A DNA stretch of 64,000 nucleotides, taken from IMG/VR virus record IMGVR_UViG_2619619259_000001, positions 1 to 64,000 of that record. One strand, given 5' to 3'. The notes under the pieces are model-generated. The model saw only the letters and a program-made list of their open reading frames with translations, was not told where the DNA came from and searched no databases. Below, in pieces: positions 50,485 to 60,654 of the stretch (position 1 is the stretch's first letter; the number at the start of each line of letters is the position of its first letter). The DNA comes from a virus. Lineage: Duplodnaviria > Caudoviricetes. The position numbers and the translations under genes were made by a program.

Positions 50485-50793
50485 GTGCTGTCAGAAATCC
50501 CTCAGATAGTAACAGCTATTGCGCTATCTCTATTTAGCGGAATCGGTGTTTATCTGCATGAACGGCGAAATGGGCGAATCACAGGGGGGGCCACCGACTT
50601 CCTAACTGAGGTTTCTATAGCAATTACAGCAGGATTAATCGCACTGTATATAGGTCGATACGAGCGATGGGATGATGCGATCATATACCTCTCAATACTG
50701 GTTGCTAGCAATAACGGAGCGGAGATTATGGGCGCATTGAAGCAAAGAATATTAATGCTAGTCAGTACGATAGGGAATACTAAGGGGAAATAA
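50485..50793 (+). CDS. lydA: LydA holin
   Basis: Multi-TM 102 aa, VASNNG motif, head of the dar operon. Confidence 0.8.
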   Translation: MLSEIPQIVTAIALSLFSGIGVYLHERRNGRITGGATDFLTEVSIAITAGLIALYIGRYERWDDAIIYLSILVASNNGAEIMGALKQRILMLVSTIGNTKGK

Positions 50794-50795
50794 AG

Positions 50796-51236
50796 ATGAT
50801 TTCTGAAATATTATTAACAATCGGAGCCATCGCTGCAGTTGATAGATTCGCGTTAAGAAGAAAAAAAATCAAACTTGAGGGCATTGGTTCGCATCAGGCA
50901 AGAAAAAAAGATTATCTCTTCCCAATCATTTTTAGTACTTACTCTACTCGGATTAGAGGGGCTCAGGTCGAATATCAATTAAAAGATGCCAATAATCCAA
51001 CAACGGTCATAACTGGGAAAACTAGGACATTAGAATTCTCACACAAGGGGCTAAATAGCGAATTTTTATCTATTCCTAAATGCCTGATATCCAGCGAAGG
51101 CGACTGGGTTTTGCATGTGAAAATTACACATGGTGATTCACTATGGAATCCGTTCTATCGCGTATTCCCTATCGTATCTAAATCTCAGAAGCGTTATCAC
51201 TTGGAAACGCCAAAAGAAGAGGCGTGTAAATGTTAA
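50796..51236 (+). CDS. lydB: LydB antiholin
   Basis: 146 aa after lydA; NPFYR.FP motif. Confidence 0.75.
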   Translation: MISEILLTIGAIAAVDRFALRRKKIKLEGIGSHQARKKDYLFPIIFSTYSTRIRGAQVEYQLKDANNPTTVITGKTRTLEFSHKGLNSEFLSIPKCLISSEGDWVLHVKITHGDSLWNPFYRVFPIVSKSQKRYHLETPKEEACKC

Positions 51237-51862
51237 ATCCTCTACAGTCGAAAAATGGGCAAAACTATGTTGTTCTCGACTTTGACCAGGTGAACGAAAA
51301 AGGCGTTAAAAAACTCACTGATGCTCTAATAAAAGAGAAGCGCCCTGTAGCCTCTATAGAGTCAACAAATAGATCATATCGAAAAGACGGCGTTGCCACA
51401 AAAAAAATAACGTTTCGTTTTGAGGATATGCAGGAGATGGAACTCCAAATCAATGATACTGGTGATATATCCAGCGTTAAACTTAATAAGAAGCAAATAC
51501 CAGGACCGACAGCAAAAAACATTAATGAACTGGCATCCTATATCGCTAAAGCTGTAAAAAAAGCCGCCCCAGCATTTACAAAAAGTTTAGCTCAAAAACT
51601 TCGACGAGCGGTTGCCTCCAATACAGCCCAAAAGCGTCCAGCGACACGATCTAACGTACAACGATTGCAAGAATCAAAATCCTATGTCGCATCATTAAAA
51701 ACGGATTTAGACGAATTGCGGTCGCATGTAACTAAACAAGAAACGGTTCGCGCATCATTAGTTTCTGATATAGAAAAATGCCGTAGCCGACTAGCAGTAG
51801 AGCAAGCATTAACAAAAAGCCTACAAACAAAAATAACTAACTTAGAGGCTGAAAATGTTTAA
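51230..51862 (+). CDS. hdf: Hdf (DarA N-terminal homolog)
   Basis: DFDQVNEKG.K.L, KDGV, NDTGDISSVKLN. Confidence 0.8.
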   Translation: MLNPLQSKNGQNYVVLDFDQVNEKGVKKLTDALIKEKRPVASIESTNRSYRKDGVATKKITFRFEDMQEMELQINDTGDISSVKLNKKQIPGPTAKNINELASYIAKAVKKAAPAFTKSLAQKLRRAVASNTAQKRPATRSNVQRLQESKSYVASLKTDLDELRSHVTKQETVRASLVSDIEKCRSRLAVEQALTKSLQTKITNLEAENV

Positions 51863-53360
51863 CAGCATTTCCTTAAGGGATTCCGTTTCAATTAACCAGA
51901 ACATAGACCTACTGGCAAAGCCTCTCAGTGATCAGGAATGGGGCAACTTACAGGCTGATGAAAATAACGATTTCATCTTAGAGCCAGTTTCACTAGAAGA
52001 GTTAGAGTCTACCTATTTTTATGACACTCTTCTTCATCCGCTCAATAACGTGATGATGGAAGCGATAACCACCAGCAGAATGCGGATTAGTAAAACAATG
52101 CGAGCATTCATCCGAGCGCTAAATAATGGGCTCGGTGGCACAGGCATTGAGGCTGGCGTTATTGAGTCAACAGATCAAAACGCTCAGGTTATTGGTGGTG
52201 CCGAAATAGGCAGGGTACGAAAATCGAATGGACTCGCATTGTTGCCAGCAAGAATCCCTCTAACCGATGGTCAAAGCGTTTCTATCATCTTTCATAGCCC
52301 TAGCGGTGACACCTCAAAAATAACCGCATCAGACACGCTAGTGGCGTTCCGCTTTCTTCTAAACAAGAGGGATGTCACTCACATTGTAGCCCCTATGAAG
52401 GGCAGAGACATGTCTCTGCGTCAGGTTTGCCTGTCACTATCAAATGTCATTGAACGTAATAGTAAAAAGTTTCAACGCTCTCAAGATAAACAAAAAAAGT
52501 TACTATCTGACATTGATAAAAATCAGTCCGATGCTGAGTTATTAGAAAAACAACAATTAGAGTGGGTAGAAAAAGGCGATGAATTAGCCTCATTTATAGA
52601 ATCAGATGAGAGCAACTTGAAGGCTATTCAAAAACAGCTATCTCGCCAAGAAGCCGTAAATGAAAAGCTTCAAAGTCGGCTGGATGAGTTACAGAAGGTA
52701 AGAAAAGACTCTGTTACTACTATGCCAAGCAAGATCCCCAGTAAAAACGCTCATCCATCATTGCCGGATATTACTGATACCATCAGAACCATCAGGAGTA
52801 ATACTCAAATTGCAGGTAGTAGTAAGCTCTCAAATGGAGCGACAATTTCTATGCATACAGGAAGTAAAGCCGGTTCTTTAGTTGGGTTCGTTGAAGTTAA
52901 GGATGTTGATGGAAAAGTGTACCAACTCGAAAGTGAATCCATTCTGGGAAGTGATATGGAGGTCGCTCTCCGAAAACTGTTTAAGGCTTATAAAAATGGC
53001 AAGGCTAATAAATATATCCCTACACAAGAAATGTTAATTCCTAATAACAGATTGGACGAAGAAAAAGAGCCGCCAGTATCACCTACTCAAAATTCCAATA
53101 ATAGCGAAGATAAAAAAAACATGGCTGATGCGAACAATGAAGTTGATAGCCTCGCAACAAAAGCTCTTGAGTTTATTAAATCAGTATTAGATCTCAACAC
53201 TGATGACATCAATGTTATTCGAGAAAAAAACAGTGGAATCCGTAATGCAATAGGCGCCTTAACTAACGCAGGGCAATACGAAGAAAATGAGGGACTGGTT
53301 AACCAAGCGGCAAAACATTTAGGTGATCTACTCGACCACCTTTTTAAGAAGGGGGCGTAA
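51855..53360 (+). CDS. darA: DarA antirestriction protein
   Basis: L.DGQSVSI.FHSP, F.FLLNKRDVTH.VAP, C-terminal G.YEENE.LVN.A. Confidence 0.88.
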   Translation: MFNSISLRDSVSINQNIDLLAKPLSDQEWGNLQADENNDFILEPVSLEELESTYFYDTLLHPLNNVMMEAITTSRMRISKTMRAFIRALNNGLGGTGIEAGVIESTDQNAQVIGGAEIGRVRKSNGLALLPARIPLTDGQSVSIIFHSPSGDTSKITASDTLVAFRFLLNKRDVTHIVAPMKGRDMSLRQVCLSLSNVIERNSKKFQRSQDKQKKLLSDIDKNQSDAELLEKQQLEWVEKGDELASFIESDESNLKAIQKQLSRQEAVNEKLQSRLDELQKVRKDSVTTMPSKIPSKNAHPSLPDITDTIRTIRSNTQIAGSSKLSNGATISMHTGSKAGSLVGFVEVKDVDGKVYQLESESILGSDMEVALRKLFKAYKNGKANKYIPTQEMLIPNNRLDEEKEPPVSPTQNSNNSEDKKNMADANNEVDSLATKALEFIKSVLDLNTDDINVIREKNSGIRNAIGALTNAGQYEENEGLVNQAAKHLGDLLDHLFKKGA

Positions 53361-53746
53361 TGGAACTCTCTGTATTAGAACGCTTGGATCTACAAGAAAA
53401 AGCAGCTGACTTATTAGGGCAAAGAAAGACGGCCTCTGGTTTAGATTTATTGGACGTGATCGACCAGCTGGCCAATGTAATGGAGAAGTTAGGTTACGGA
53501 ATACAGAAGTCAGAAGCGCCAAAAGTTATAGAGCCAGAAATCCAAATAAACACAGAAAATGACATTCCAGAAATTGTCGTTAGGTTTAAGTCAGGGGAGT
53601 TTGTTGGCAGTAGAACAGATGACTTTATTTCTATATTAAAAACGTTAGATCCATTTACTCCTGCGTTCATCTCAATGGATGAGGTCATTTTGGGCGCCAC
53701 TAGTTGGATGACGGCAAACGAGAAACTTATTCGGGTTGCAGCATAA
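53360..53746 (+). CDS. ddrA: DdrA
   Basis: M.LS.LE.LDL..., ASGLDLLD; follows darA. Confidence 0.75.
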   Translation: MELSVLERLDLQEKAADLLGQRKTASGLDLLDVIDQLANVMEKLGYGIQKSEAPKVIEPEIQINTENDIPEIVVRFKSGEFVGSRTDDFISILKTLDPFTPAFISMDEVILGATSWMTANEKLIRVAA

Positions 53747-53789
53747 AGGCAGTCTTTAGCTAAAGGCGTAGCTGTTAGGACCAGTAAAA

Positions 53790-55987
53790 TTGGAAAACAT
53801 AGATAATTTAATCAGTAACAAAATGGTTTTAACACCAAACGGTGACGAAATCGAAGTGGTTTTTAAAATATTAGAATCCAGCGAATTGATTATCTCCAAT
53901 CATCTGGATGGGCGAATAAATGAAGATTACCCACAAGAGTTACAGCCGAGAGATAGAACGAAACTTAAAAGCAAATTGCAGGTTAGTAATATTGCAAAAT
54001 CCTTACGACCAGAAGAACTTTCTGGCAGCATACTGTCTAGTAATGGTTCGCCTATTATAGGTGAGGACAATGTTGTTGAGTCTGGCAATGGGCGGGTTAT
54101 GGGGATCTGCACTGCATACTCGTCAGGTACAGCCGATGTATACAAAGACTACCTAGAACAAAACGCCATTTTGTTTAACACAAAACCAGCTTTCGTTAGT
54201 GCTATGAACCATCCGATCTTGGTAAGGCTTAGAATCACTAATGTAGATCGAGTTAAGTTTACTGTCGACTCTAACTCATCAAAAATCAGCAGGAAATCGC
54301 GCTTAGCACTCCACCACGCTTCTAAACAGTCTCAGAAAGGTAATCTTTCAGGTGTACCTATAAATGAGCTTGTGAGGCAGCACAGCCCGCTTATTGAAAC
54401 ACCCAATGACTATATGTTTGAGTACGTCAGTACAGGAAGACAATTGGAACTGATTGGTCGAATGGTTAGCAAATGCTCTTCACCAGGCGAAATTGCTGAT
54501 GTGATTGCCTATTACTCTGGAACATTAAAAATTAAAGCTCCAGTCGAAGGGGCGATGGTTGGTAGAGAGATTAAGGAACTAATAGGTTCATCTCCTGATG
54601 ATGAAAAAGCTCTACGTCAATATCGGATAAATGTTAAAGGTATTCTTGGAAAGTCCTATTCAGAGTTTTTAGACAGAACTCGATATAGTTATAACGAGAT
54701 TATCCAAGGAATAAATCAGGTTGTTGGTTTATCAGACTCTACATTATCTAGCGAAGTGGCTGTTAAGCAGATTCTATTAGATGGTCAGGCGTTCTACCTA
54801 CCAAAATTATTAAATGAATTTGATAACTCATCAGATCAAACGAGTAGACGTAAGTTGGCAGCTAAGATTTGCCATGTCCTAGACAAACTACTAACTAAAC
54901 GAAATGGGCGAATATCTCTTACACATACTGTAAAGATGGCCCTTACTGACATTACCAATGGGCGCCTTAATGGATCTGAATCAATAGCTTCTTTGTATAA
55001 AGCTAAATTAGTCTCATTGGAGCAATCCAAGTTAAGTGATAACGAATCTAAGCAACGCTATGAGTCATATGTAGAACAAGGAAAAAAACACTTAGTATAG
55101 ATCTCAGTAGCGTTAAAAATGATCTCAACGCTTTTTTTGATAATGAACAGAATCAGGATTGGCTGAATAGGGTCAATGAGAGCAAATCTTTAAACGCTGG
55201 TGGTGTAGAAAGATTGGTAGATGCGATTAAAAATGGTCGTCTTGGATATGGCGCAGCATTGCAACGAAATGGCGTTAATTGGGAGTTATTGAGGCTTCCT
55301 CGTTCCTTATTTGAGGAAGGAAAGAATAGACTTAATGAGGTTTTTTCTTCCATAAAAAACAGTTTGTCCCAAACATATGAAACATTATTGTCTACAACAC
55401 CAATTGACGACGATAGTGCAACGATATGGGCTTCCAGTTTGCAAATAGACAGGGCATTGCTAGTCCAATACGACGCCCTTCATGGTGATGGCGGATTGAT
55501 TTCTGATTTAAAGGCGGCTTATAAGCTATCTGGTGGAAGATTGTCGTCGCTTTCTACGTTAAGTTTAACAAAAACTCGCTCTTCAGCCTCATTGGAGGGA
55601 ATGATTAAATTAAACCCTGCAAATGGTCGAAAGGTTTTATTTCATGAAGTAGGTCATCATTTTGAGTTTTCTAATCCTGATTTTTTGAAAATGGCAGTGT
55701 CTTATTTGAAAGACCGATCTGGTGGAGAGAGAAGGGTCGCGAAACTCAGAGATATAACCCTCACTGGCTATTCAAGTAATGAGACTGCGATTATAGATAA
55801 TCTTTCTCATCCATACATTGGGAAACTGTATGGCTCATTAGACTCGTTAACTTCAACTGAAGTCTTTTCTACAGCATTTGAATATCTATTCGATCATCAA
55901 AATGGGGCGGTGTCTATCATTCATGGAGATGGGCTAATAGAGTTCGCTATAGGTGCTATTCAAGGGATTTACCATGCCCCAAATTAA
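53790..55987 (+). CDS. ddrB: DdrB, split by a -1 shift at the A7 run near 55082-55088
   Basis: YPQELQPRDR, ESGNGR ParB-like domain; second part with HEVGH zincin-like motif; the -1 frame is open from the A run. Confidence 0.78.
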
Positions 55988-56267
55988 GTTTTCAAGAGGC
56001 AATGATCAAGGCTTCGTCTATTTTGATGTTGAGGATGAACTTTCCTACTCTTCATTCTTGGTTGAAGGGACCATCACTAAAAGTGAATTAATCTCGTATT
56101 TTAATAGCGTATCAACATATGCAATTTCTGGCGATGGACTTGCTAACGATTACCATCATTGTGCACCAATTCATTTGATGAAAGCTTTTGAGATGTGCGG
56201 GTTTGATATTGAATGCCCTGAATTGTGGAAAGAAGAGGGTGAATCTATTGAAGATGGCGTTTACTGA
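55953..56267 (+). CDS. Hxr-like protein (start likely ATG 55974)
   Basis: Last gene of the dar operon; synteny. Confidence 0.55.
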   Translation: MLFKGFTMPQIKFSRGNDQGFVYFDVEDELSYSSFLVEGTITKSELISYFNSVSTYAISGDGLANDYHHCAPIHLMKAFEMCGFDIECPELWKEEGESIEDGVY

Positions 56268-56293
56268 GGCATTAAATAGGGCTAGATATATTT

Positions 56294-56530
56294 TTATTCA
56301 CATACTCACAGGATAGATCCAATAAACGATCCTAATTAGATCACATAGAACCAAACAGATCCCTGATCGTCGCAAGCCTTGCTGTGATTGACTTTACGAT
56401 GGGTTGCGGTGTGCGCTGTAGGGAAAGGGGTGGGCGCTGGCGGGAAAAAGGTGGGCGCTGGTAGGATTTAAGTGTGCGCTGTAGGGCAAAAAGGTGGGCG
56501 CTGGTGGGATTTGTGCTATTATTTTCCACA
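56294..56530. other. Plasmid origin oriR
   Basis: DnaA-like boxes (TTATTCACA 56294, TTTTCCACA 56522), five GATC (56316-56368), five 19-bp iterons GGTG[TG]GCGCTG..GG at 56408, 56429, 56450, 56471, 56493. Confidence 0.9.
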
Positions 56531-56553
56531 GATGAAACGATCCTTTAATATGA

Positions 56554-57444
56554 GTGTGTAACTTAATGAATGAAAAGACATATTTACCCGATGTCATGTA
56601 TGCAAACAATACAACTAAAGAGAAGTTACTCACAGCCAATCAAAACAATACCGTTCAGCCAGTCGCATTAATGCGCCTTGGCGTTTTTGTTCCCAAACCG
56701 ACAAAGAGCCAGATAAAAAATCCTACGGTTGATGCATCAGAACTGTTTTCTAACCTAGCTATAGCAAGAGCTGAGGGTTACGACAACATAGAGATCACTG
56801 GCCCTCGATTAGATATGGATACAGATTTTAAAGTTTGGGTTGGGGTCATTCAATCATTTAGCAAATATGGACTAAAAACAAACACTATTGATTTAAAATT
56901 TAGTGAGTTTGCAAAGTATTGTGGATTTCCATCAAAGCGCTTAGATAAAGGGCTACGCAAAACGATTAGTGCGTCACTTGTCAGACTCAGGGCCAAGACG
57001 GTTTCCTTTATGAAAGGGAAAGATGATGCAATGAAAGGGTACGCGACCGGATTACTTAAAACAGCACGGTTTGATGCTGAAATAGACAGGGTTGTACTCG
57101 AAGCAGATGAAAATCTTTGGGAACTATTTCAGTTTGATCACCGTGTTTTGTTACAACAACATGCAATCAAAGCGCTACCGAAAAAAGAAGCCGCGCAAGC
57201 CATATACACATTTATTGAAAGTCTTCCTGCTAAACCCGCCCCTGTATCATTTGCCAGATTACGCGAACGGTTATCTTTAATGTCTGAAGTAAAAGAACAA
57301 AACAGGACAATTAAGAAAGCATTGGAGCAACTCCAGAACATTGGCTATTTGGACTGCAAGGTAGAAAAGAAAGGGCGGGAGAACTACATCATCATTTACA
57401 AGAGAAACCCAAATCTTAAGCCATCAGATCTTGGAATAGATTAA
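56554..57444 (+). CDS. repA: RepA plasmid replication initiator (P1/RepFIB family)
   Basis: TVQPVALMRLGVFVP, G.RLDMDTDFK.W.G, AQA.YTFIESLP. Confidence 0.95.
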   Translation: MCNLMNEKTYLPDVMYANNTTKEKLLTANQNNTVQPVALMRLGVFVPKPTKSQIKNPTVDASELFSNLAIARAEGYDNIEITGPRLDMDTDFKVWVGVIQSFSKYGLKTNTIDLKFSEFAKYCGFPSKRLDKGLRKTISASLVRLRAKTVSFMKGKDDAMKGYATGLLKTARFDAEIDRVVLEADENLWELFQFDHRVLLQQHAIKALPKKEAAQAIYTFIESLPAKPAPVSFARLRERLSLMSEVKEQNRTIKKALEQLQNIGYLDCKVEKKGRENYIIIYKRNPNLKPSDLGID

Positions 57445-57448
57445 AAAA

Positions 57449-57720
57449 GGTGTGTGCTGTAGGGAATGGTGTGCGCCGCAGGGGAGTTCTGCTTTTCCGG
57501 TGTGCATTGAAGGGGATCAGGTGTGTGCTGTAGGGATTAAATTCCCATCAGCACACACCTGATTCATTTTCTTTGGATTCAATTCCCCTCCACCACCCAC
57601 CATTTTTATAGTTGTAGTTTTATTATCTCGGCAGAATTCGACTTTCCCTACAGCACACACCTTCATTTCCCTCTTTTCCCGTTAGCGCACACCTAATTAT
57701 ATTTCCCTGCAACACACACC
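57449..57720. repeat. incA-type copy-control iterons (9 copies)
   Basis: Four forward (57449, 57468, 57499, 57520) and five reverse copies of a GGTGTGTGCTG.AGGGA-like 19-mer. Confidence 0.9.
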
Positions 57721-57875
57721 ATTTAAAAAATTAGCACTCATAAATACACGTTTAGTATTGTATGAGCAGAGATAAAAAAAGCGGCTCAATTCGAGCCGCT
57801 TTAGATTGCGTGGTAGCAAAGAGATGTTATCCCCTCACATTTAGTATTGTCTCATAACTGAATGATAGGATACGT

Positions 57876-58385
57876 ATGAATATTAATAACCGTAAAGCGT
57901 TTAAAGATATGCTCTCAGTATCAGAGGGAACATCTACTCATCCATTAACTAAGAATGATGGTTATGATGTAATCGTAACCGGCATCGATGGGAAGCCAGA
58001 GATTTTTACAAACTATAAAGACCATCCGTTTGCTGGTGGGCGAGCGGCGAAGGTCTTCAATAAAAAGGGGGAGCGGTCTAGTGCATCTGGTCGATATCAG
58101 CAAATATATCGTTATTGGCCACACTATAAGGCGCTATTAAAATTACCCGACTTTGGTCCTGAGTCTCAGGAAAAGTTAGCCTTGCAACTCATCAAAGAGC
58201 GCAGGGCTTTGGAAAACATTGATGCCGGAGAAATCAGCATCGCAATAAATAAATGCTGTAACATCTGGGCATCTCTTCCAGGCGCTGGCTATAATCAGCA
58301 CGAATTTAGCTTGAAGAAGCTTTTAAGAGTTTATGTGTCAAAAGGCGGTCAACTCTGCCCTTCTGATGCAGCACTCATCAAATAA
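57876..58385 (+). CDS. Endolysin, lambda R-type transglycosylase
   Basis: SEGT, Y.DHP, SASGRYQ, LPDF.P.SQ, IWASLPGAGY.Q.E. Confidence 0.92.
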   Translation: MNINNRKAFKDMLSVSEGTSTHPLTKNDGYDVIVTGIDGKPEIFTNYKDHPFAGGRAAKVFNKKGERSSASGRYQQIYRYWPHYKALLKLPDFGPESQEKLALQLIKERRALENIDAGEISIAINKCCNIWASLPGAGYNQHEFSLKKLLRVYVSKGGQLCPSDAALIK

Positions 58386-58422
58386 CCGCCTAGTAAACAC
58401 CAACTTCAAGTAGAGTTGGTGT

Positions 58423-59301
58423 TTAGAATAGATTGCGTAGCATTGCTATTTTTTCTAATGGGTTCATTCCGGCAGCAAGGGCTTGCTTAAAGCTATTGTT
58501 GGCGGATGTCCATGCGTCATCAGCTTTTTTATTCTCACTAAGATAGCGCGGGGAATTAAAGCCTGATTGAGGGCTCACAGCATGTCTACCAGAGATAAAT
58601 GATCTGCGCTTGATGAGATTATCAACGCGAACTTGCTCAGCTTTGCGCTCATCTCTCAATCGTTCTTGTCGCTCAGCGTAGTCCCTAGCTTTTGTACTAG
58701 CCCTCTCTGCTGTTGCTGTTTTTGCTGATTTAATAAATACGTTTCCCACAGCTTCAGCTGGGGGAATGTCTTTTTTCTTCTGAGAATAAAAAGATAATAC
58801 TTCTACAGATTGTAGATCATTTTGACCGGGGGCTGGCTGATCATTTTGATCGGGGGGGAACTTGGGTGAAAAGCTTGAAAATAGGCTCTTGAGCACATTT
58901 TCAAGGGAACCTTTATGACATTTTACTAGTTCTAAGCAGACCTGTTTTGCGAGTTTAATGAAATTGGATGTGAACTGATATTCGGTAGGCCGCTGGCCCT
59001 TAGCAGGATCGAATATGTATGTTTTAGTGATGATTCCAGCATCAATTGCTAGGTCGAGATTTCTGCGAATAGTTGCAGGGGTAACGCCAGCTTCTTGGCT
59101 CATTCTGGACTTTGACTTGAAGATTTTATATTCGGATGAACTGGCGGCAATTTCACAAATCTGGCTAAGAATAACTCTTGCTCTGCGGGGTAATAGGGTG
59201 TTTGGAAGATGTTCTATAACTTTTTTCAAGCCATAGCCTGATATTTCAGCATTTCGCTTGAGAAATGGGTTTTTTTTAGATAAAATCATCCCTGTGTTCA
59301 T
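58423..59301 (-). CDS. repL: RepL-like lytic replication initiator
   Basis: N-terminal HTH (KS...MS.E.G....T.RR), QR..EY.F, internal GATCATTTTGA[CT]CGGGGG repeats at 58815 and 58839 (oriL candidate). Confidence 0.75.
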   Translation of the reverse strand: MNTGMILSKKNPFLKRNAEISGYGLKKVIEHLPNTLLPRRARVILSQICEIAASSSEYKIFKSKSRMSQEAGVTPATIRRNLDLAIDAGIITKTYIFDPAKGQRPTEYQFTSNFIKLAKQVCLELVKCHKGSLENVLKSLFSSFSPKFPPDQNDQPAPGQNDLQSVEVLSFYSQKKKDIPPAEAVGNVFIKSAKTATAERASTKARDYAERQERLRDERKAEQVRVDNLIKRRSFISGRHAVSPQSGFNSPRYLSENKKADDAWTSANNSFKQALAAGMNPLEKIAMLRNLF

Positions 59302-59580
59302 AAAAGAACACCTCCATAAATTTGATAAAGTAAGGTCCAGTGTTAGTGGGCTTTTTGGAAAAACGTTAGTTCTCAGCTAACGTTTTTTTTATTCTTTATT
59401 TATCACATGTATAAATCCCCAGTACTTTCTTATAGTTAGACCTTTCTGATGGGGGCGATCCTATATCGATCTCCATGCATGGATCAATAGATCTATAAAA
59501 AGTTTTTTTAGTTTAAGTATGATTTAATTCGTATGTTCTTATATAACAGGGTGATACTAATCACCCTGGTATGATTTAGT

Positions 59581-60618
59581 TTATTTGAATTTAGGTGTTT
59601 CACTATCACTAAATGAAACGATAAAGTTATTATTTGAGGGGCTATTGTTGCTAGGGATGGTTTTTTTATAACCACTGTTATGAACTGGTAACGACTTCAG
59701 GTCATTACTACGAATTGATTCGAATAGTGAGCTGACTATCTCAATGTCTTCTTTGGTTCTTATTTCAAGCAAAGCTTTAACTTGCTCTTCATTAACAAAA
59801 ATGGGTAACTTTTTAAGCGCCTCAAGCATCATTTTATGTCGTTGAGTCATGTTTTCGTTTATCGAACTATTTCGTTGTTGCAGGGACTCAAGAAGTTTCG
59901 TTTTTTCTTCGATAATCTCTTTTGCTTCAAGTAGTTCTCCACGCATGATAAATACGTTTGTTTCGGCTTGACCAGCTCTATGGATAGCATCGATGGTAAG
60001 TTCTTTATTCATCATTATTTGATGGTGACTTATGATTTCTTTCGCTGCTTGATCTGAAAATCCTTGCTTACTCAACGATTCCATCATTGATTGCATCTGA
60101 TCTTCATTAACTGACTCAGTCATTAATGCTGCTGGGTGTTCTCTTGAAATAAAATTAGGGACTTTTACAAAATCAAACCCCTTGAAAATTTGTGGAATAG
60201 ATACTTCTTTTGAGTCGATCCCACCTGTAGCCCAACTCCAGCCACCAGCATGGGAGTCAATCATACTAGCGACAATTCTGCCGGTGTCAGTGTTTAATAT
60301 TTCTTGTGTGTGGGTGACTACACCATTGTCATCAACAGAGATGGAAACCGTTCTATTAGATGGAACGTTATCTATAATGACAGGCTTACCATCGACCAAA
60401 ATTGCACTTGTTTCTGGGACGGATAGCCCAGTCATTTCTCTGCGTCCATGTCCATAATATCCGTACAGTTCGCCAAGTTCTAAACCTTCCTGAGTCTCAG
60501 GACTGTTGATCATTTCCTTTACTGCACTTAGGAGGTAATTTCTTTTATTTTGGGTACCTTTTCTGACGGTTTTATATAGTGAAAAACTATCAGTTACTCT
60601 TTTTAATGCTTTAGGCAT
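59581..60618 (-). CDS. pro: Pro prohead protease
   Basis: GYYGHGRR, H.QEIL.T..G, GGWSWATGG, GFDFV..PNF; ATG 60618 after GGAG. Confidence 0.88.
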   Translation of the reverse strand: MPKALKRVTDSFSLYKTVRKGTQNKRNYLLSAVKEMINSPETQEGLELGELYGYYGHGRREMTGLSVPETSAILVDGKPVIIDNVPSNRTVSISVDDNGVVTHTQEILNTDTGRIVASMIDSHAGGWSWATGGIDSKEVSIPQIFKGFDFVKVPNFISREHPAALMTESVNEDQMQSMMESLSKQGFSDQAAKEIISHHQIMMNKELTIDAIHRAGQAETNVFIMRGELLEAKEIIEEKTKLLESLQQRNSSINENMTQRHKMMLEALKKLPIFVNEEQVKALLEIRTKEDIEIVSSLFESIRSNDLKSLPVHNSGYKKTIPSNNSPSNNNFIVSFSDSETPKFK

Positions 60619-60654
60619 AATAATCTCCAAACCGGCTCGCGCAGCTGGTGGAGG

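Noticed and set aside
56408-57720. Regularly spaced 19-bp repeats as a CRISPR array
   Set aside because: No spacers of CRISPR length; they match P1-type RepA iterons flanking repA
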